This document shows positions 1 to 10,474 of a stretch of 64,000 nucleotides of DNA, piece by piece (positions within the stretch are counted from its first letter, which is position 1; each line of letters starts with the position of its first letter). This DNA is from Armatimonadota bacterium (GTDB lineage: Bacteria; Armatimonadota; UBA5829; DTJY01), in contig OY760504.1 of assembly GCA_963663705.1 (NCBI GenBank), forward strand, positions 2,632,063 to 2,696,062. Direction: 5' to 3'. The position numbers and the translations under genes were made by a program. The notes under the pieces are model-generated. The model worked only from the letters and a program-made list of their open reading frames with translations, was not told the DNA's origin and did no database searches.

Positions 1-14
1 AGGCATTCGAAGTC

Positions 15-2267
15 TTGCACTCACCCAGGGTTCTCACAACCAATTCCGACTTCTCCATCACTCTGCAATCATACAGAAAAATTCATGATCTTGATATCGA
101 ATGCACAGGTCCAATTGAACTTGTCGACCCTGCGGATGGATGTGAAATCGGTGAGAACGATTTCTTCTTTCGGACATTGGGGGATGCAGGCAAGTGCAGT
201 GTTTCCTTTGCATCAGGCAACGAACGATTTAAAGTAAATCTTCCGACTGTTTTAGATTTGCCCAAGGGACTGCCGTGTTATGTCGGCTCCGATTCCGACG
301 ATCATCCGCATGATGGCACCGGAACTATGGAGGAGATCATATCGCATCTCTTCCGCTCTGAAACCGGCAACATGGTGATGTTTAGACCGAAAGAGACGCG
401 CAATTGCGTTGTTTCACCGTCGGAATCGCTATGCCGCTCATGGATAGACTTATGCCATCGTTTCCATGCGAAATACTTTGTCTGCGACTGGGTTCCCTCC
501 GGAAAATTTCCTGATGCGTTACAACCAGCTATGGCAGAAGATCCGGATTTTCTGGGCTACCATGTACATGAGCCTTACTTCATGATGCATGATCGTAACA
601 GCAACGAGGAGTTTAAATCAGCAACCGATTATAACTCGGCAAAAAACGCCTATATACGAATGCTTAGTGATATGGCCGAGCGCTATCATTCCAGGGGAGC
701 GAAGGTTGCAGCAGGGGAAGCCTCATGGATTGCTGCATACGACGGAGAGGCCGGTTTCGACATTATAAATGCCGAAGCGGTGACTGGTTTTGGTCCGTTG
801 TTTGGCTCAGCTAGAGGAGCGATGCGAGGCCGGTCAGAGATGACTTTTGGGCATCACATAGCTATAGAGTGGTACTTGGGTTTTCCATACGACGATCTCA
901 AGTCGCATAGGTTCTGGCTCATGATGCTTCTTACCTTTACTCATGGTGGAACCTATATATATGCAGAGAACTCCCTTTTCTTCACGAATAGCTATGAGCG
1001 TCATGATCCTGAAGACAAGTTCACCTCCGACAACCGAGAGCTCATGCGGCGATTTTACGATATGACAAGACTGCAGCCCAGATTCGGGGAACCATGTGCA
1101 GAGTTGGCAGTGGCGTATGGCAACCTGGAATCCATTCTCTGGCATCACGATGACCTGTTGCCGGAAGAGGAGGATGGCAGTACATGGATGGAAAGCAGTT
1201 GGTATAAATGGGATGGTGCGCCGTATAAACCGGCATGGCGTGCATTGGATGCATGGCTTACCCCTGTGGAAATAGAGCGATATAACGCCAATAAATCGAT
1301 ACTCAAGTGGTTCTCAGGCAATCCGTATGGCAATGTGGATATTGTATCTACAGATCGTTCATCGGAGATATTCTCCATGTACAAGGTTCTGGCATTCCTT
1401 GGATGGAATACAATGACCGAAGATGTGCTGGATAAGCTCAAAACTTACGTGTCCGGCGGTGGCGCTCTCTTTATCGGTGGCTGCCAATTTGACAAGCGGA
1501 CGTTATCTCTGGGCGATTATGAAATAGATACGTCAGGTGCGGAAGATCTCCTTGGGCTGGCAGTAACGGGTGTAGGCAACAGTATTGGCGACGTGGTCTG
1601 GAACGGGAGCCTGCTCTCTCAATCAAATGAGACAAGGCTTTGTTCGCTGAACATCAAAGAGGCTGAAGTAGTGGCTTCTGATGAGTTAGGTAATCCTGTG
1701 CTGCTGCATCATAAATACGGTGATGGAGAAGTTTACTTCTACAACTTATGGGATCATCCTGTTACGGCGGAATCAATTGAACTGATTAAGGCATTCATGG
1801 CGCATTTGGGCAATGAGAACAAGTGCAGTTTCGGGGTTGAGGATGGTTACGGCGTCAACTGCTCTCACTGGTATGATTCTGACAGCGGTATTCGCAGACT
1901 GTATCTGGTGAATACTAATTGGCAGAGAGAACGAACATCCAGGGTATGTACGGTCAGATTATGGGGAAATTCGTATCCCATAAGTATTAAGGATGACAAT
2001 ATGACTGTAGTTACTGTCAAGGGCAGAACCGCAGTTATAACAGATAATCCATATGTTTATGTGAAAGATATCACCGTAGATCCATCAGAATGCCATGTAA
2101 CCATGACAGGTAACAGCAACTGTACAGTTCGGCTGTTGTTTGTAGATTCCAACATTAAGGTAGCGCCTCAGCCGATGTCCGGGCCTGCCGATTTGATGGA
2201 TGAATGCATAATCAGTTGCAGTCCTCAAGGCACGCTGGAATTGATGTTCGATCTGCAGCAAGCTTGA
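15..2267 (+). CDS. Hypothetical protein, probably 5'-partial. The frame is open to the window start and the ORF track begins on TTG. The C-terminal region has a GGALFIGG segment reminiscent of the beta-galactosidase trimerisation/GATase-like fold.
   Basis: 750-aa ORF with coding-like composition. No strong family motif recognised by eye. Frame stays open upstream of position 15. Confidence 0.45.
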   Translation: MHSPRVLTTNSDFSITLQSYRKIHDLDIECTGPIELVDPADGCEIGENDFFFRTLGDAGKCSVSFASGNERFKVNLPTVLDLPKGLPCYVGSDSDDHPHDGTGTMEEIISHLFRSETGNMVMFRPKETRNCVVSPSESLCRSWIDLCHRFHAKYFVCDWVPSGKFPDALQPAMAEDPDFLGYHVHEPYFMMHDRNSNEEFKSATDYNSAKNAYIRMLSDMAERYHSRGAKVAAGEASWIAAYDGEAGFDIINAEAVTGFGPLFGSARGAMRGRSEMTFGHHIAIEWYLGFPYDDLKSHRFWLMMLLTFTHGGTYIYAENSLFFTNSYERHDPEDKFTSDNRELMRRFYDMTRLQPRFGEPCAELAVAYGNLESILWHHDDLLPEEEDGSTWMESSWYKWDGAPYKPAWRALDAWLTPVEIERYNANKSILKWFSGNPYGNVDIVSTDRSSEIFSMYKVLAFLGWNTMTEDVLDKLKTYVSGGGALFIGGCQFDKRTLSLGDYEIDTSGAEDLLGLAVTGVGNSIGDVVWNGSLLSQSNETRLCSLNIKEAEVVASDELGNPVLLHHKYGDGEVYFYNLWDHPVTAESIELIKAFMAHLGNENKCSFGVEDGYGVNCSHWYDSDSGIRRLYLVNTNWQRERTSRVCTVRLWGNSYPISIKDDNMTVVTVKGRTAVITDNPYVYVKDITVDPSECHVTMTGNSNCTVRLLFVDSNIKVAPQPMSGPADLMDECIISCSPQGTLELMFDLQQA

Positions 2268-2428
2268 CATCGACTGAACATCTTAAAACGGAAACTCAGT
2301 TGAATCAGTAACACAAACGAATGATGTAAATACATAATGAGCTAGCTATGAAATTGGCACAGTGGGGTGATATTCCTCCTGCAGTAAGTAAAAGCTGGCA
2401 TAATAACCATTGTATAGAGGAGATCAAA

Positions 2429-3754
2429 ATGGCAAAAAAGATAGCATTTATAGGTGCCGGTAGTTTCGGTTTCACAAGAGATCTTGTAAGAGATATTCTG
2501 ACATTTCCGGCCCTGGCAGACAGTACACTCTGCCTCATGGATATTGACGGTGAGAGGCTTGCGTTCATTAAAACCGCAGTCGATAACATCGTGAAGGCTG
2601 GAAACTATCCTGCAAAGGTAGTAGCGACTAATGACAGAGTTGAGGCTCTGAAAGGTGCGGATGGCGTGGTCTGTACCATCCTGCAAGGTGGGGTCCAGAC
2701 ATTCACGAACGATATAGATATCCCGAAGAAATACGGCGTCGATATAAACGTCGGCGACACGCGCGGCCCGGCTGGAATCTTCAGGGCACTCAGAACAATC
2801 CCTGTGATGCTCGATATCTGCAAGGACATCGACCGCTATTGCCCGGATGCCATATTCCTGAACTACACGAATCCCATGGCAATGCTGTGCAGGGCAATGC
2901 AGGGACAGTATCCGAATATCAAGACCACCGGTCTATGTCATAGTGTGCAGGGAACCTCTGAGATGCTTGCAAAGTGGATAGGTGCCCCTATGGACGAAGT
3001 CACTTACAGATGTGCAGGTATCAACCATCAGGCCTTCTATCTCGATTACAAATGGAACGGTAAAGATGCCTATCCACTAATTCGCGAAGCAATGGATAAG
3101 CCTGAGATCTACAATGAGGAGCTGGTGAGAAACGAGATGTTCCTGCACCTCGGATATTATGTCACCGAATCGAGCGGGCACAACTCCGAATACAACGCAT
3201 GGTTCAGAAAGCGCCCTGACCTGATAGAAAAGTACTGCACCCACGGCACCGGATGGAATCCCGGAGTGCACGCATATATCAGGGATGAATTCTTGGAAGT
3301 AGCGGATACATGGCGTGACAATATCAAAGACGAGCTTGCCAAACCGATAGATCTTGAGCGAGGCAAAGAATACGCGTCAAGGATCTTCAACGCAACATTT
3401 GGAGACGGCACGCTCTACGAGTTCAACGGTAACGTACGGAACTTTGGGTTGATCGACAACCTACCAGAGGGTTGCTGTGTAGAAGTGCCTGTACTGGCAT
3501 CGAAGAGGGGATTTGACGCTATCCACATTGGCGAGCTTCCTGCACAGCTGGCAATCCTGAATAACACAAGCGCAAGATGCGAAGAGCTTGCCGTAGAGGG
3601 TGCTATAGAGGGCGATGCCACCAAAGTCTTCCATGCGGTCCTGTTCGATCCGCTAACATCTGCAGTGCTGTCTATGGCCGAAATTAAACAGATGGTAGAT
3701 GAAATGCTCGCAGCCAACAAGGATTGGCTCCCTCACTTCAATTTGCAAGGATAA
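2429..3754 (+). CDS. Glycoside hydrolase family 4, an NAD+/Mn2+-dependent alpha-galactosidase/alpha-glucosidase (MelA-like).
   Basis: N-terminal Rossmann motif [16 protein letters not shown]. Conserved GLCHSVQGT (the catalytic Cys-His region of GH4). RBS AGGAGA sits 8 nt upstream of the ATG at 2429. The ORF-track start at 2348 is probably too long. Confidence 0.8.
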   Translation: MAKKIAFIGAGSFGFTRDLVRDILTFPALADSTLCLMDIDGERLAFIKTAVDNIVKAGNYPAKVVATNDRVEALKGADGVVCTILQGGVQTFTNDIDIPKKYGVDINVGDTRGPAGIFRALRTIPVMLDICKDIDRYCPDAIFLNYTNPMAMLCRAMQGQYPNIKTTGLCHSVQGTSEMLAKWIGAPMDEVTYRCAGINHQAFYLDYKWNGKDAYPLIREAMDKPEIYNEELVRNEMFLHLGYYVTESSGHNSEYNAWFRKRPDLIEKYCTHGTGWNPGVHAYIRDEFLEVADTWRDNIKDELAKPIDLERGKEYASRIFNATFGDGTLYEFNGNVRNFGLIDNLPEGCCVEVPVLASKRGFDAIHIGELPAQLAILNNTSARCEELAVEGAIEGDATKVFHAVLFDPLTSAVLSMAEIKQMVDEMLAANKDWLPHFNLQG

Positions 3755-5055
3755 GGGTATTATCGTTGAAGAAATTCGCACAAAAGCTCCATAATCGCCG
3801 TAGAGCGCTGCTTGTAGTAGCATTAATGAATATCCTTTATGCTTTTTCGTATTTTCAGCGAATAGCAGTCCCAGGTACCATCTTTAATGAACTCCAGTCA
3901 GAACTGGCGCTTCCATCAACTGCCGTCGCGCTGCTCGGAGGCCTGTATCTATACGTTTACGGTGGAATGCAGATCTTCTCCGGCATGTTTGTCGACCGCT
4001 TTGGTTCCGTGCGCATTATTCTCTCGGGAGGTGTGCTGCTTGCCATTGGTTCGATACTCTTTCCGATGTCGCATAGCCTCGCTATGTTATACATCACACG
4101 GGTGATTATCGGCCTTGGCGCCAGTCTGATGTTCCTCTCGCTGATCAAGGAAATTGATTCCAAGTTCAGCGGCAAGAACTTCTCAGCGCTTCTCAGTTCC
4201 ACCCTGTTCGCAGGATATCTCGGCGGACTCCTGGGGACACGGCCGTTTGAATCGGCGGTTGGGGCTTTTGGGTGGAGATCGTCGCTACTCGCCGTAGGTA
4301 TAACATGCGGAATATTCGTCATTCTGTCTGCAGTTCTTATGTGGCATTCCCGCAATGGGAATCACATCAAGTCAGCAGCCTCAGTTCTATTGGCACTCAA
4401 ACAGGTTACTCGAAATTGGAGTTGCTATCCAGGGGTCTATACCGGAACGGTGATGTTCGGCAACTATTTCATTATGCAAGCTATAATCGGCAAGAAATTC
4501 CTGCAGGATTGCGCCGGTTTCAGTTCCGCTTCCGCAGCCTCACTCACATTCCTGATGATGCTGGTATCCATGTCTGCATCCATCTTCGCGGGAATATTGC
4601 CGCGATGGATCGAAAACCGGCGCAAACCGATACTCATCGCATCAAGTATCGCGACTGTTATTGCACCGGTACTAGCGCTTCTTGTTATATCCGGTGGGCG
4701 CATGTGGGTATTGCCGTGCTATATAATGTTCGGGATATCCACAGCAGGCTCCCCAATTTTCAGCACAGTCATGAAGGAACTGAACGAACCGAACTTCGCC
4801 GCTTCATCCATAGGGGTATCAAACTGTATCGGGTATGTATCAATCGCCGTGCTGACCACAGCGATCGGACGAGCGCTAGATCTGTTCTCTTCACAGGCGG
4901 TCAGAACATCAGCCATCATCCAGTACCCCCCTGCAGCGTACAGGGTGATCTTCATCGGCTTCACAATACTTGCTATTTCGGCACTGATAAGCTGCCTTTT
5001 CGTCAGGGAGACTTACGGCCGGAATATATACCTAGAGAAAGCCGAGTCCAGATAG
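3724..5055 (+). CDS. MFS-type transporter.
   Basis: About 12 hydrophobic helices and typical MFS loop motifs (GxLxDRFG-like at VDRFGSVR). The start is uncertain: ATG at 3724 overlaps the GH4 end, with an alternative TTG at 3766. Confidence 0.65.
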   Translation: MAPSLQFARIRVLSLKKFAQKLHNRRRALLVVALMNILYAFSYFQRIAVPGTIFNELQSELALPSTAVALLGGLYLYVYGGMQIFSGMFVDRFGSVRIILSGGVLLAIGSILFPMSHSLAMLYITRVIIGLGASLMFLSLIKEIDSKFSGKNFSALLSSTLFAGYLGGLLGTRPFESAVGAFGWRSSLLAVGITCGIFVILSAVLMWHSRNGNHIKSAASVLLALKQVTRNWSCYPGVYTGTVMFGNYFIMQAIIGKKFLQDCAGFSSASAASLTFLMMLVSMSASIFAGILPRWIENRRKPILIASSIATVIAPVLALLVISGGRMWVLPCYIMFGISTAGSPIFSTVMKELNEPNFAASSIGVSNCIGYVSIAVLTTAIGRALDLFSSQAVRTSAIIQYPPAAYRVIFIGFTILAISALISCLFVRETYGRNIYLEKAESR

Positions 5056-5122
5056 TCATCGTTCAGATTGTGTTAGGACTGCTTGCCAACGCGCGGTAGC
5101 AACGATTTATAAAGAGAGGGCA

Positions 5123-6433
5123 GTGATGATTGCAGGAAGCGCCAAAATAGATATAACGCCGATTGAGAACGTTTGGATGGCAGGCATGCTTCGTGCGCAC
5201 CAATCGGAAGCGGTACACGATCATCTTTATGCGCGGGCGTTGGTGCTGTCTGATACCGAGGATATGTCCGGTGCTTATGCACTGGTATCGGTGGACGTCT
5301 GCTTTCTCAATGAGAAAGTTACAGAAAAGGCAAGATCTCTTATTGAATCAAAGACAGGTATCCCTGCGGGGCATACCGTCATCGCTGCAACACATACACA
5401 CTCAGGACCATCAACCGATGAATCTGGTCAGCTGGCGGAAGAAAGCTACCTTCGCGAACTCGTCGATAAGGTAGTCAATGCAGCCGAGCAAGCTGCGTCG
5501 AAAGCTAAACCGGCGATGGTGGGAACAGGCCATGGCAGTGAGAATACAATCAGCCACTATCGAAGGTTTATTTCCGATGACGGCAAGATCGTCATGATCT
5601 GGGAGCAGAATCCCGATGAGTGCCCTATGCGCTGTCTTGGCAAGATTGACCCGGCGGTCGGCGTGCTGAGAGTTGCTGATGCGGACAATCCCGAACAGAC
5701 CATCGCCGTGCTGTTCAATCATGCAGGTCACCCGAACGTCATGTCGGGTGATAATTACCTTATCAGCGCAGACTATCCCGGCATAACGGTAGAACAGGTA
5801 GAAGCGCACTGTGGATGTAATGCCATGTTCATGAACGGCGCTCAGGGAACGGTGGATATCGACAACTGGAGATATAGAGACTGGGATGGTATGGTTCACA
5901 TCGGCAAAACGCTTGCTGATGAGGTAAATGGTGTTTTGGATGGAATATCAGTGTCGGCAGAGACCGTACGTGGCGCCAGGATCGAATATACGCTGCCTCC
6001 TCGAATGTTATCGGACGAGGAACTGGCGTGGGCTGATAGGATTCTTGCCGAGACCGGCGGCGCTTTCGAGTGCGTTGCAGATGGTGTAGGGGATGACTTC
6101 AAAGCAGTGTTCTATCGCAAGTTGTACGAAAAACAAAGCGTTAATGTAGATGTCGAGCAGATCTGTATAGCGATGGGGGATACGGCATTCATAAGTTTTC
6201 CCGGAGAACTATTCACAGAGATAGGCATGAGAATTAAAGAGCAAAGCCCATTCGCCCACACCTATATCCTTGGCCTGGCAAACGGATACATCGGTTATGT
6301 GCCGACAAGAGATGCAGTTGAACAGGGTGGCTATGAAGTAGATACCAGATGTGTCGGCGACGATGCGGAAGATATAATAGTCGAACACAGTCTGAAGCTG
6401 CTCGACATGGTAAGGCATGAAAGTCGACGGTAA
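5123..6433 (+). CDS. Neutral/alkaline (non-lysosomal) ceramidase-like hydrolase. It covers the N-terminal catalytic domain only and has no signal peptide.
   Basis: N-terminal KIDITP...VWMAGM...VHDHLYARALVL...VSVDVCF pattern and the zinc-site motif AATHTHSGPS, both typical of the neutral ceramidase N-domain (PF04734). Confidence 0.5.
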   Translation: MMIAGSAKIDITPIENVWMAGMLRAHQSEAVHDHLYARALVLSDTEDMSGAYALVSVDVCFLNEKVTEKARSLIESKTGIPAGHTVIAATHTHSGPSTDESGQLAEESYLRELVDKVVNAAEQAASKAKPAMVGTGHGSENTISHYRRFISDDGKIVMIWEQNPDECPMRCLGKIDPAVGVLRVADADNPEQTIAVLFNHAGHPNVMSGDNYLISADYPGITVEQVEAHCGCNAMFMNGAQGTVDIDNWRYRDWDGMVHIGKTLADEVNGVLDGISVSAETVRGARIEYTLPPRMLSDEELAWADRILAETGGAFECVADGVGDDFKAVFYRKLYEKQSVNVDVEQICIAMGDTAFISFPGELFTEIGMRIKEQSPFAHTYILGLANGYIGYVPTRDAVEQGGYEVDTRCVGDDAEDIIVEHSLKLLDMVRHESRR

Positions 6434-6448
6434 ATCTATTATTTACTG

Positions 6449-6746
6449 GGCTCTATGAGAAAGTTTGTGGATAGCGGTATTGTTCCAACAACCGTGCGAA
6501 TAAATTCGCGGCAACAAAAACACGAAGTCGGCCTGCGCCGACTAGATGCAGGCACACCCTTCACGGGTGTGTTGATGCTTCGGTTGCAGAGTCGACGCCG
6601 CCGCTGCCGAAGCCTGGCAGACATGTACCGTCCCTCGATATGCCCTGTGGGCTACTCGGGATAAGCGGCATCCCCCCTCGCCCGAAATCGGGAGAGGGTT
6701 GGGGTGAGGGCGAATCAGATTCATCCGCAAGAAAGCTTATAGAGCC
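6449..6746 (-). repeat. MITE-like structured repeat, copy A. It is inverted relative to copies B-D and carries an extra 20-bp palindromic insertion.
   Basis: Terminal inverted repeats GGCTCTATGAG...CTTATAGAGCC. Reverse-complement matches 24695-24971 over the full length. Insertion ctgcgccgactagatgcagg is present only in this copy. Confidence 0.8.
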
Positions 6747-7071
6747 ATTTACTGATGTTACGCAGAAATACAGATAACTATTCAGGATCGGGACAATCAT
6801 ATCCGGTCGCACTTCATGGGCTTGTCTCCATACCGGAGGAACGAATATCAGCCTGCAATTTCTTCAATACAAAGAAATTCATGACTCATTATTTCTTGCT
6901 CCGATCATTCAACTCGGTATCATGGCGAAAAGAAGTTGGTGAGTCAGCCAGTATCAGTCCTCTATCGATAAGGGAGTGTTAGTGTTATTGTACACTGCTC
7001 TGGGTAAAGAGGAGAAATGGTCTTGCCTTATAAGCCAAATTATGCAGAATATGGGAAATATTATGATAAAT

Positions 7072-8547
7072 ATGCCTGAAATTAAACTTGGAATCGTAGG
7101 AGTAAGCCGTGACTGCTTTCCGGCGGAGCTTACTCAAAACAGACTTAACAAAGTAGTCCAAGCATGCAAAGAGAATGGAATTGAAATCTTCGCATGCGAT
7201 ACAATCCTCGAAGGGGAGAAGGATGCACTCGCCGCCCTGTTGGAGATGGAGAAAGCAGGCGTAAATGCTGCCGTTATCTACCTCGGCAACTTTGGACCTG
7301 AGGGGCCGCTATCCATTTTTGCGCAGAAGTTCAATGGGCCTGTGATGGCTTGTGCCGCGGCAGAGGAGACAGGGGATAACCTGGTTTCCGGTCGTGGCGA
7401 TGCCTTCTGTGGCATGCTAAACGCCTCCTATAACTTCAACTTGAGAGGGGTCACCGTCCATATCCCCCAGATGCCGGTTGGACTTCCTGAAGAGTTGGCT
7501 GAGAAGATAGGGCATTTCGGCAAAGTGGCTAAGGTAGTTGTGGGCGTGCAGAACCTCAAGATATTTGGGTTCGGGCCACGTCCGCATGACTTTTATGCCT
7601 GCAATGCGCCGATCAAGCCGCTGTACGATTTAGGCGTCGAGGTTATGGAGAACAGCGAGCTCGACCTTCTTGCTCTGATGAATGAAGTAAAAGCTGACGA
7701 TCCGAAGGTCATTTCAACTGTCAAGGATATGGAAACCGAGCTAGACGCAGGGAACACATACCCCGATCTCCTTCCAAGGCTTGCGAGGTTTGAGGTCGCG
7801 CTTATGCGGTTCTACAAAAACAACCTCGGGTCAAGGAAGTACGGGGTTTTTGCGGATAAGTGCTGGCCTGCATTTCAGACGCAATTTGGATTCTGCCCAT
7901 GCTATGTAAACTCGAGGCTTGCAGGGAGAGGCATCCCTGTAGCCTGTGAAGTCGATCTGTATGGCGCCGTAAGCGAATACATGTGCCAACTTGCGGCGGA
8001 TATGCCGGCAACACTTCTCGATATAAACAACACTGTTCCCGCAGATATGATCCAGAATACCGATCTTAAGGGAGCAGAGCCGATTGACCTGTTCATGGGT
8101 TTCCACTGCGGGAATACGGCATCATCCTGCATGAAGAATTGCTCAATCCAGTATCAGTACATAATGAAGAGGCTGCTCGAGCCTGAATCAGGGCCTGATA
8201 TCTCGCGAGGAACCCTCGAAGGGCAGATAAAACCGGGAGCGACAACGTTCTTCAGGTTGCAGGGAAATGCGGAGAGCGAGCTTGTGAGCTACGTCGCTGA
8301 AGGGAGTATACTCGATATAGATCCGCGAAGCATCGGAAGCATAGCAGTGTTTGCAATTCCTCATTTCGCCCGGTTCTACAGGCATGTGCTGATTGGCAAA
8401 CAGTTCCCTCATCATGGCGCGGTAGCCTTCGATACCGTGGGCAAAGTGCTCTTTGACGCGTTGAAAATGCTTGGGGTAAAGGATATCAGCCATCCTTTGC
8501 CGAAGGGTGTGATGTATCCTGGAGAGAATCCGTTCGAACTGGGATAA
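7072..8547 (+). CDS. L-fucose/L-arabinose isomerase family protein (FucI/AraA-like sugar isomerase).
   Basis: N-terminal IKLGIVGVSRD...VIYLGNFGPE region plus C-terminal ACEVDLYGAVS and FMGFHCGNTAS motifs of the FucI/AraA fold. ATG at 7072 chosen by the homology onset. Confidence 0.6.
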   Translation: MPEIKLGIVGVSRDCFPAELTQNRLNKVVQACKENGIEIFACDTILEGEKDALAALLEMEKAGVNAAVIYLGNFGPEGPLSIFAQKFNGPVMACAAAEETGDNLVSGRGDAFCGMLNASYNFNLRGVTVHIPQMPVGLPEELAEKIGHFGKVAKVVVGVQNLKIFGFGPRPHDFYACNAPIKPLYDLGVEVMENSELDLLALMNEVKADDPKVISTVKDMETELDAGNTYPDLLPRLARFEVALMRFYKNNLGSRKYGVFADKCWPAFQTQFGFCPCYVNSRLAGRGIPVACEVDLYGAVSEYMCQLAADMPATLLDINNTVPADMIQNTDLKGAEPIDLFMGFHCGNTASSCMKNCSIQYQYIMKRLLEPESGPDISRGTLEGQIKPGATTFFRLQGNAESELVSYVAEGSILDIDPRSIGSIAVFAIPHFARFYRHVLIGKQFPHHGAVAFDTVGKVLFDALKMLGVKDISHPLPKGVMYPGENPFELG

Positions 8548-8591
8548 GAGCAGTTCGGCATAAGCTACATAAAAAAGCGAGATAAAGAATT

Positions 8592-10091
8592 ATGGCATAT
8601 TTTATTGGAATAGATATCGGCACAAGCGGAACCAAGACGCTGCTCATCGATCAGTCTGGAAAGGTCATCGCAACAGCGACGGACACTTATCCGCTAAGCA
8701 CGCCAAGGCCGCTCTGGGCGGAGCAGAACCCTGACGATTGGTGGCGAGCTACGGCTTCGACCATAAGGGAAGTCCTCTCAAGATCAGGCGTTGCTTCATC
8801 GGAGATCAAAGGGATCGGACTCTCAGGCCAGATGCACGGGGCTGTATTCCTCGATGATAGAAACCAGGTTCTCCGTCCGAGTATCCTATGGTGCGATCAA
8901 CGGACAGGTGCCGAATGTGACTGGCTCACCGAGCAGGCGGGAATCGAAAAAGTAGTAGATATTACCTGTAATCCGGTGCTCACTGGATTCACGGCCGGCA
9001 AGATAATCTGGCTCCGAAACCATGAGCCAGAGACCTTCGCAAAAGTGGCAAAGGTTCTGCTGCCAAAAGACTATGTCAGGCTTAAACTGACCGGGGAGTT
9101 TGCAACAGAAGTCTCCGATGCATCGGGTACATCGCTCTTTGATGTCAAGAAACGCAGATGGTCGGAAGAGATGCTGGAGGCAGCACGCATCCCGAAGAGT
9201 TGGATGCCGCCTGTATACGAATCGCCGGAGATATCGGGCAAGATATCGGAAGAAGCTTCGGCTCTGACAGGGCTTAAGGCAGGAACGCCTGTAGTCGGCG
9301 GCGGAGGAGATCAGGCCGCTGGAGCCGTAGGAAACGGAATCGTCGAGACCGGGATAATCTCGTCTACGATAGGCACATCCGGCGTAGTCTTCGCATTCTC
9401 CGAAAAGCCGGTTGTCGACCCAAAACTGAGGTTTCACACTTTTTGCCATGCGGTACCGGGCAAATGGCACATCATGGGAGTAATGCTCTCTGCAGGAGGC
9501 TCACTCCGCTGGTACAGGGATACGTTTGACCCAGATTCATCGTACGATAAGATATGTGCGGAAGCATCCGCTGTCGAACCGGGATGCGAGGGACTATTCT
9601 TCCTGCCGTATCTTACCGGTGAACGGACCCCATATCCTGATCCTAACGCTCGTGGAGCATTCATCGGAGCCACGTTAAGGCATAGTAGACCTCACTTTGC
9701 TCGAGCGGTAATGGAGGGTGTTGCATACGGACTGAACGATTCGTTCGAAATCCTGAAAGAAATGAAAGTAGCGATGAGTGAGGTTCGGGCATCCGGCGGC
9801 GGCGCAAAGAGCGAAACCTGGCGGCAGATTCAATCTGATATCACCGGGCTCGAGCATATGCTTGTAAACGTGGATGAGGGTCCTGCATTCGGTGTTGCAT
9901 TGCTTGCGTCAGTAGGCACCGGGGTATATTCGAGCGTAGAGGAAGCGTGTAAAAGCACGATAAAGGTAGCTTCTTCTACAATGCCTGATGCAGGAAAATC
10001 TCAGCTTTATCAGCGGTATCGCGATGTATATAGATCGCTGTATCCGGCACTGAAAGATCAGTTTGCTCGGATATCCTGCATATCTGGCTAG
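8592..10091 (+). CDS. FGGY-family carbohydrate kinase, xylulokinase-like (could also be a ribulo-, fuculo- or rhamnulokinase).
   Basis: N-terminal YFIGIDIGTSGTKTLLID, then GLSGQMHGAVFLD and C-terminal ASGGGAKS motifs of FGGY kinases. Sits 45 bp downstream of the isomerase, so likely an operon. Confidence 0.75.
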   Translation: MAYFIGIDIGTSGTKTLLIDQSGKVIATATDTYPLSTPRPLWAEQNPDDWWRATASTIREVLSRSGVASSEIKGIGLSGQMHGAVFLDDRNQVLRPSILWCDQRTGAECDWLTEQAGIEKVVDITCNPVLTGFTAGKIIWLRNHEPETFAKVAKVLLPKDYVRLKLTGEFATEVSDASGTSLFDVKKRRWSEEMLEAARIPKSWMPPVYESPEISGKISEEASALTGLKAGTPVVGGGGDQAAGAVGNGIVETGIISSTIGTSGVVFAFSEKPVVDPKLRFHTFCHAVPGKWHIMGVMLSAGGSLRWYRDTFDPDSSYDKICAEASAVEPGCEGLFFLPYLTGERTPYPDPNARGAFIGATLRHSRPHFARAVMEGVAYGLNDSFEILKEMKVAMSEVRASGGGAKSETWRQIQSDITGLEHMLVNVDEGPAFGVALLASVGTGVYSSVEEACKSTIKVASSTMPDAGKSQLYQRYRDVYRSLYPALKDQFARISCISG

Positions 10092-10474
10092 TGCAAAAGC
10101 ATACTTGTGCCAATCGATCCAAAATATATATGGAGAGTTGCCGTTTTGCAGCGCATCATTTTATCATGACTCGCGACCTGCTCGAACTATCTATGCGCTG
10201 CTTCTGCCGACCGGAAGGTAGGGTAAGAGATTGTACATTTGTCAAGTTACAGAGCCATCTGGTAATTTACAAGCATCTGTTTCGCTGATTTGAAGGTGTG
10301 TTAAAATATCCGGAATCGCGATCAGCAGGAAATCCTCGTATCATAAGAGTGCTGTTACCGCCCACGCGCTCTCGAATATAGGCCACAATACCCCGCAAAA
10401 CCATGCGCCGCAAACATGAAAATCATGGTTGGTCCATAATGCGTTGCCGTGATCGCAATCGAGCCATAGACCTA

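Noticed and set aside
4272-5099. 275-aa ORF overlapping the MFS transporter in another frame
   Set aside because: Same-strand alternative frame of a gene with clear transmembrane periodicity. Arg/His-rich junk composition.
6455-6664. 69-aa ORF (MRKFVDSGIVPTTVRINSRQQKHEV...) conserved in MITE copies. Also 24777-25043 and 24817-25050.
   Set aside because: Conservation follows from nucleotide identity of the repeat. The region is hairpin-dense with no RBS. More likely non-coding.
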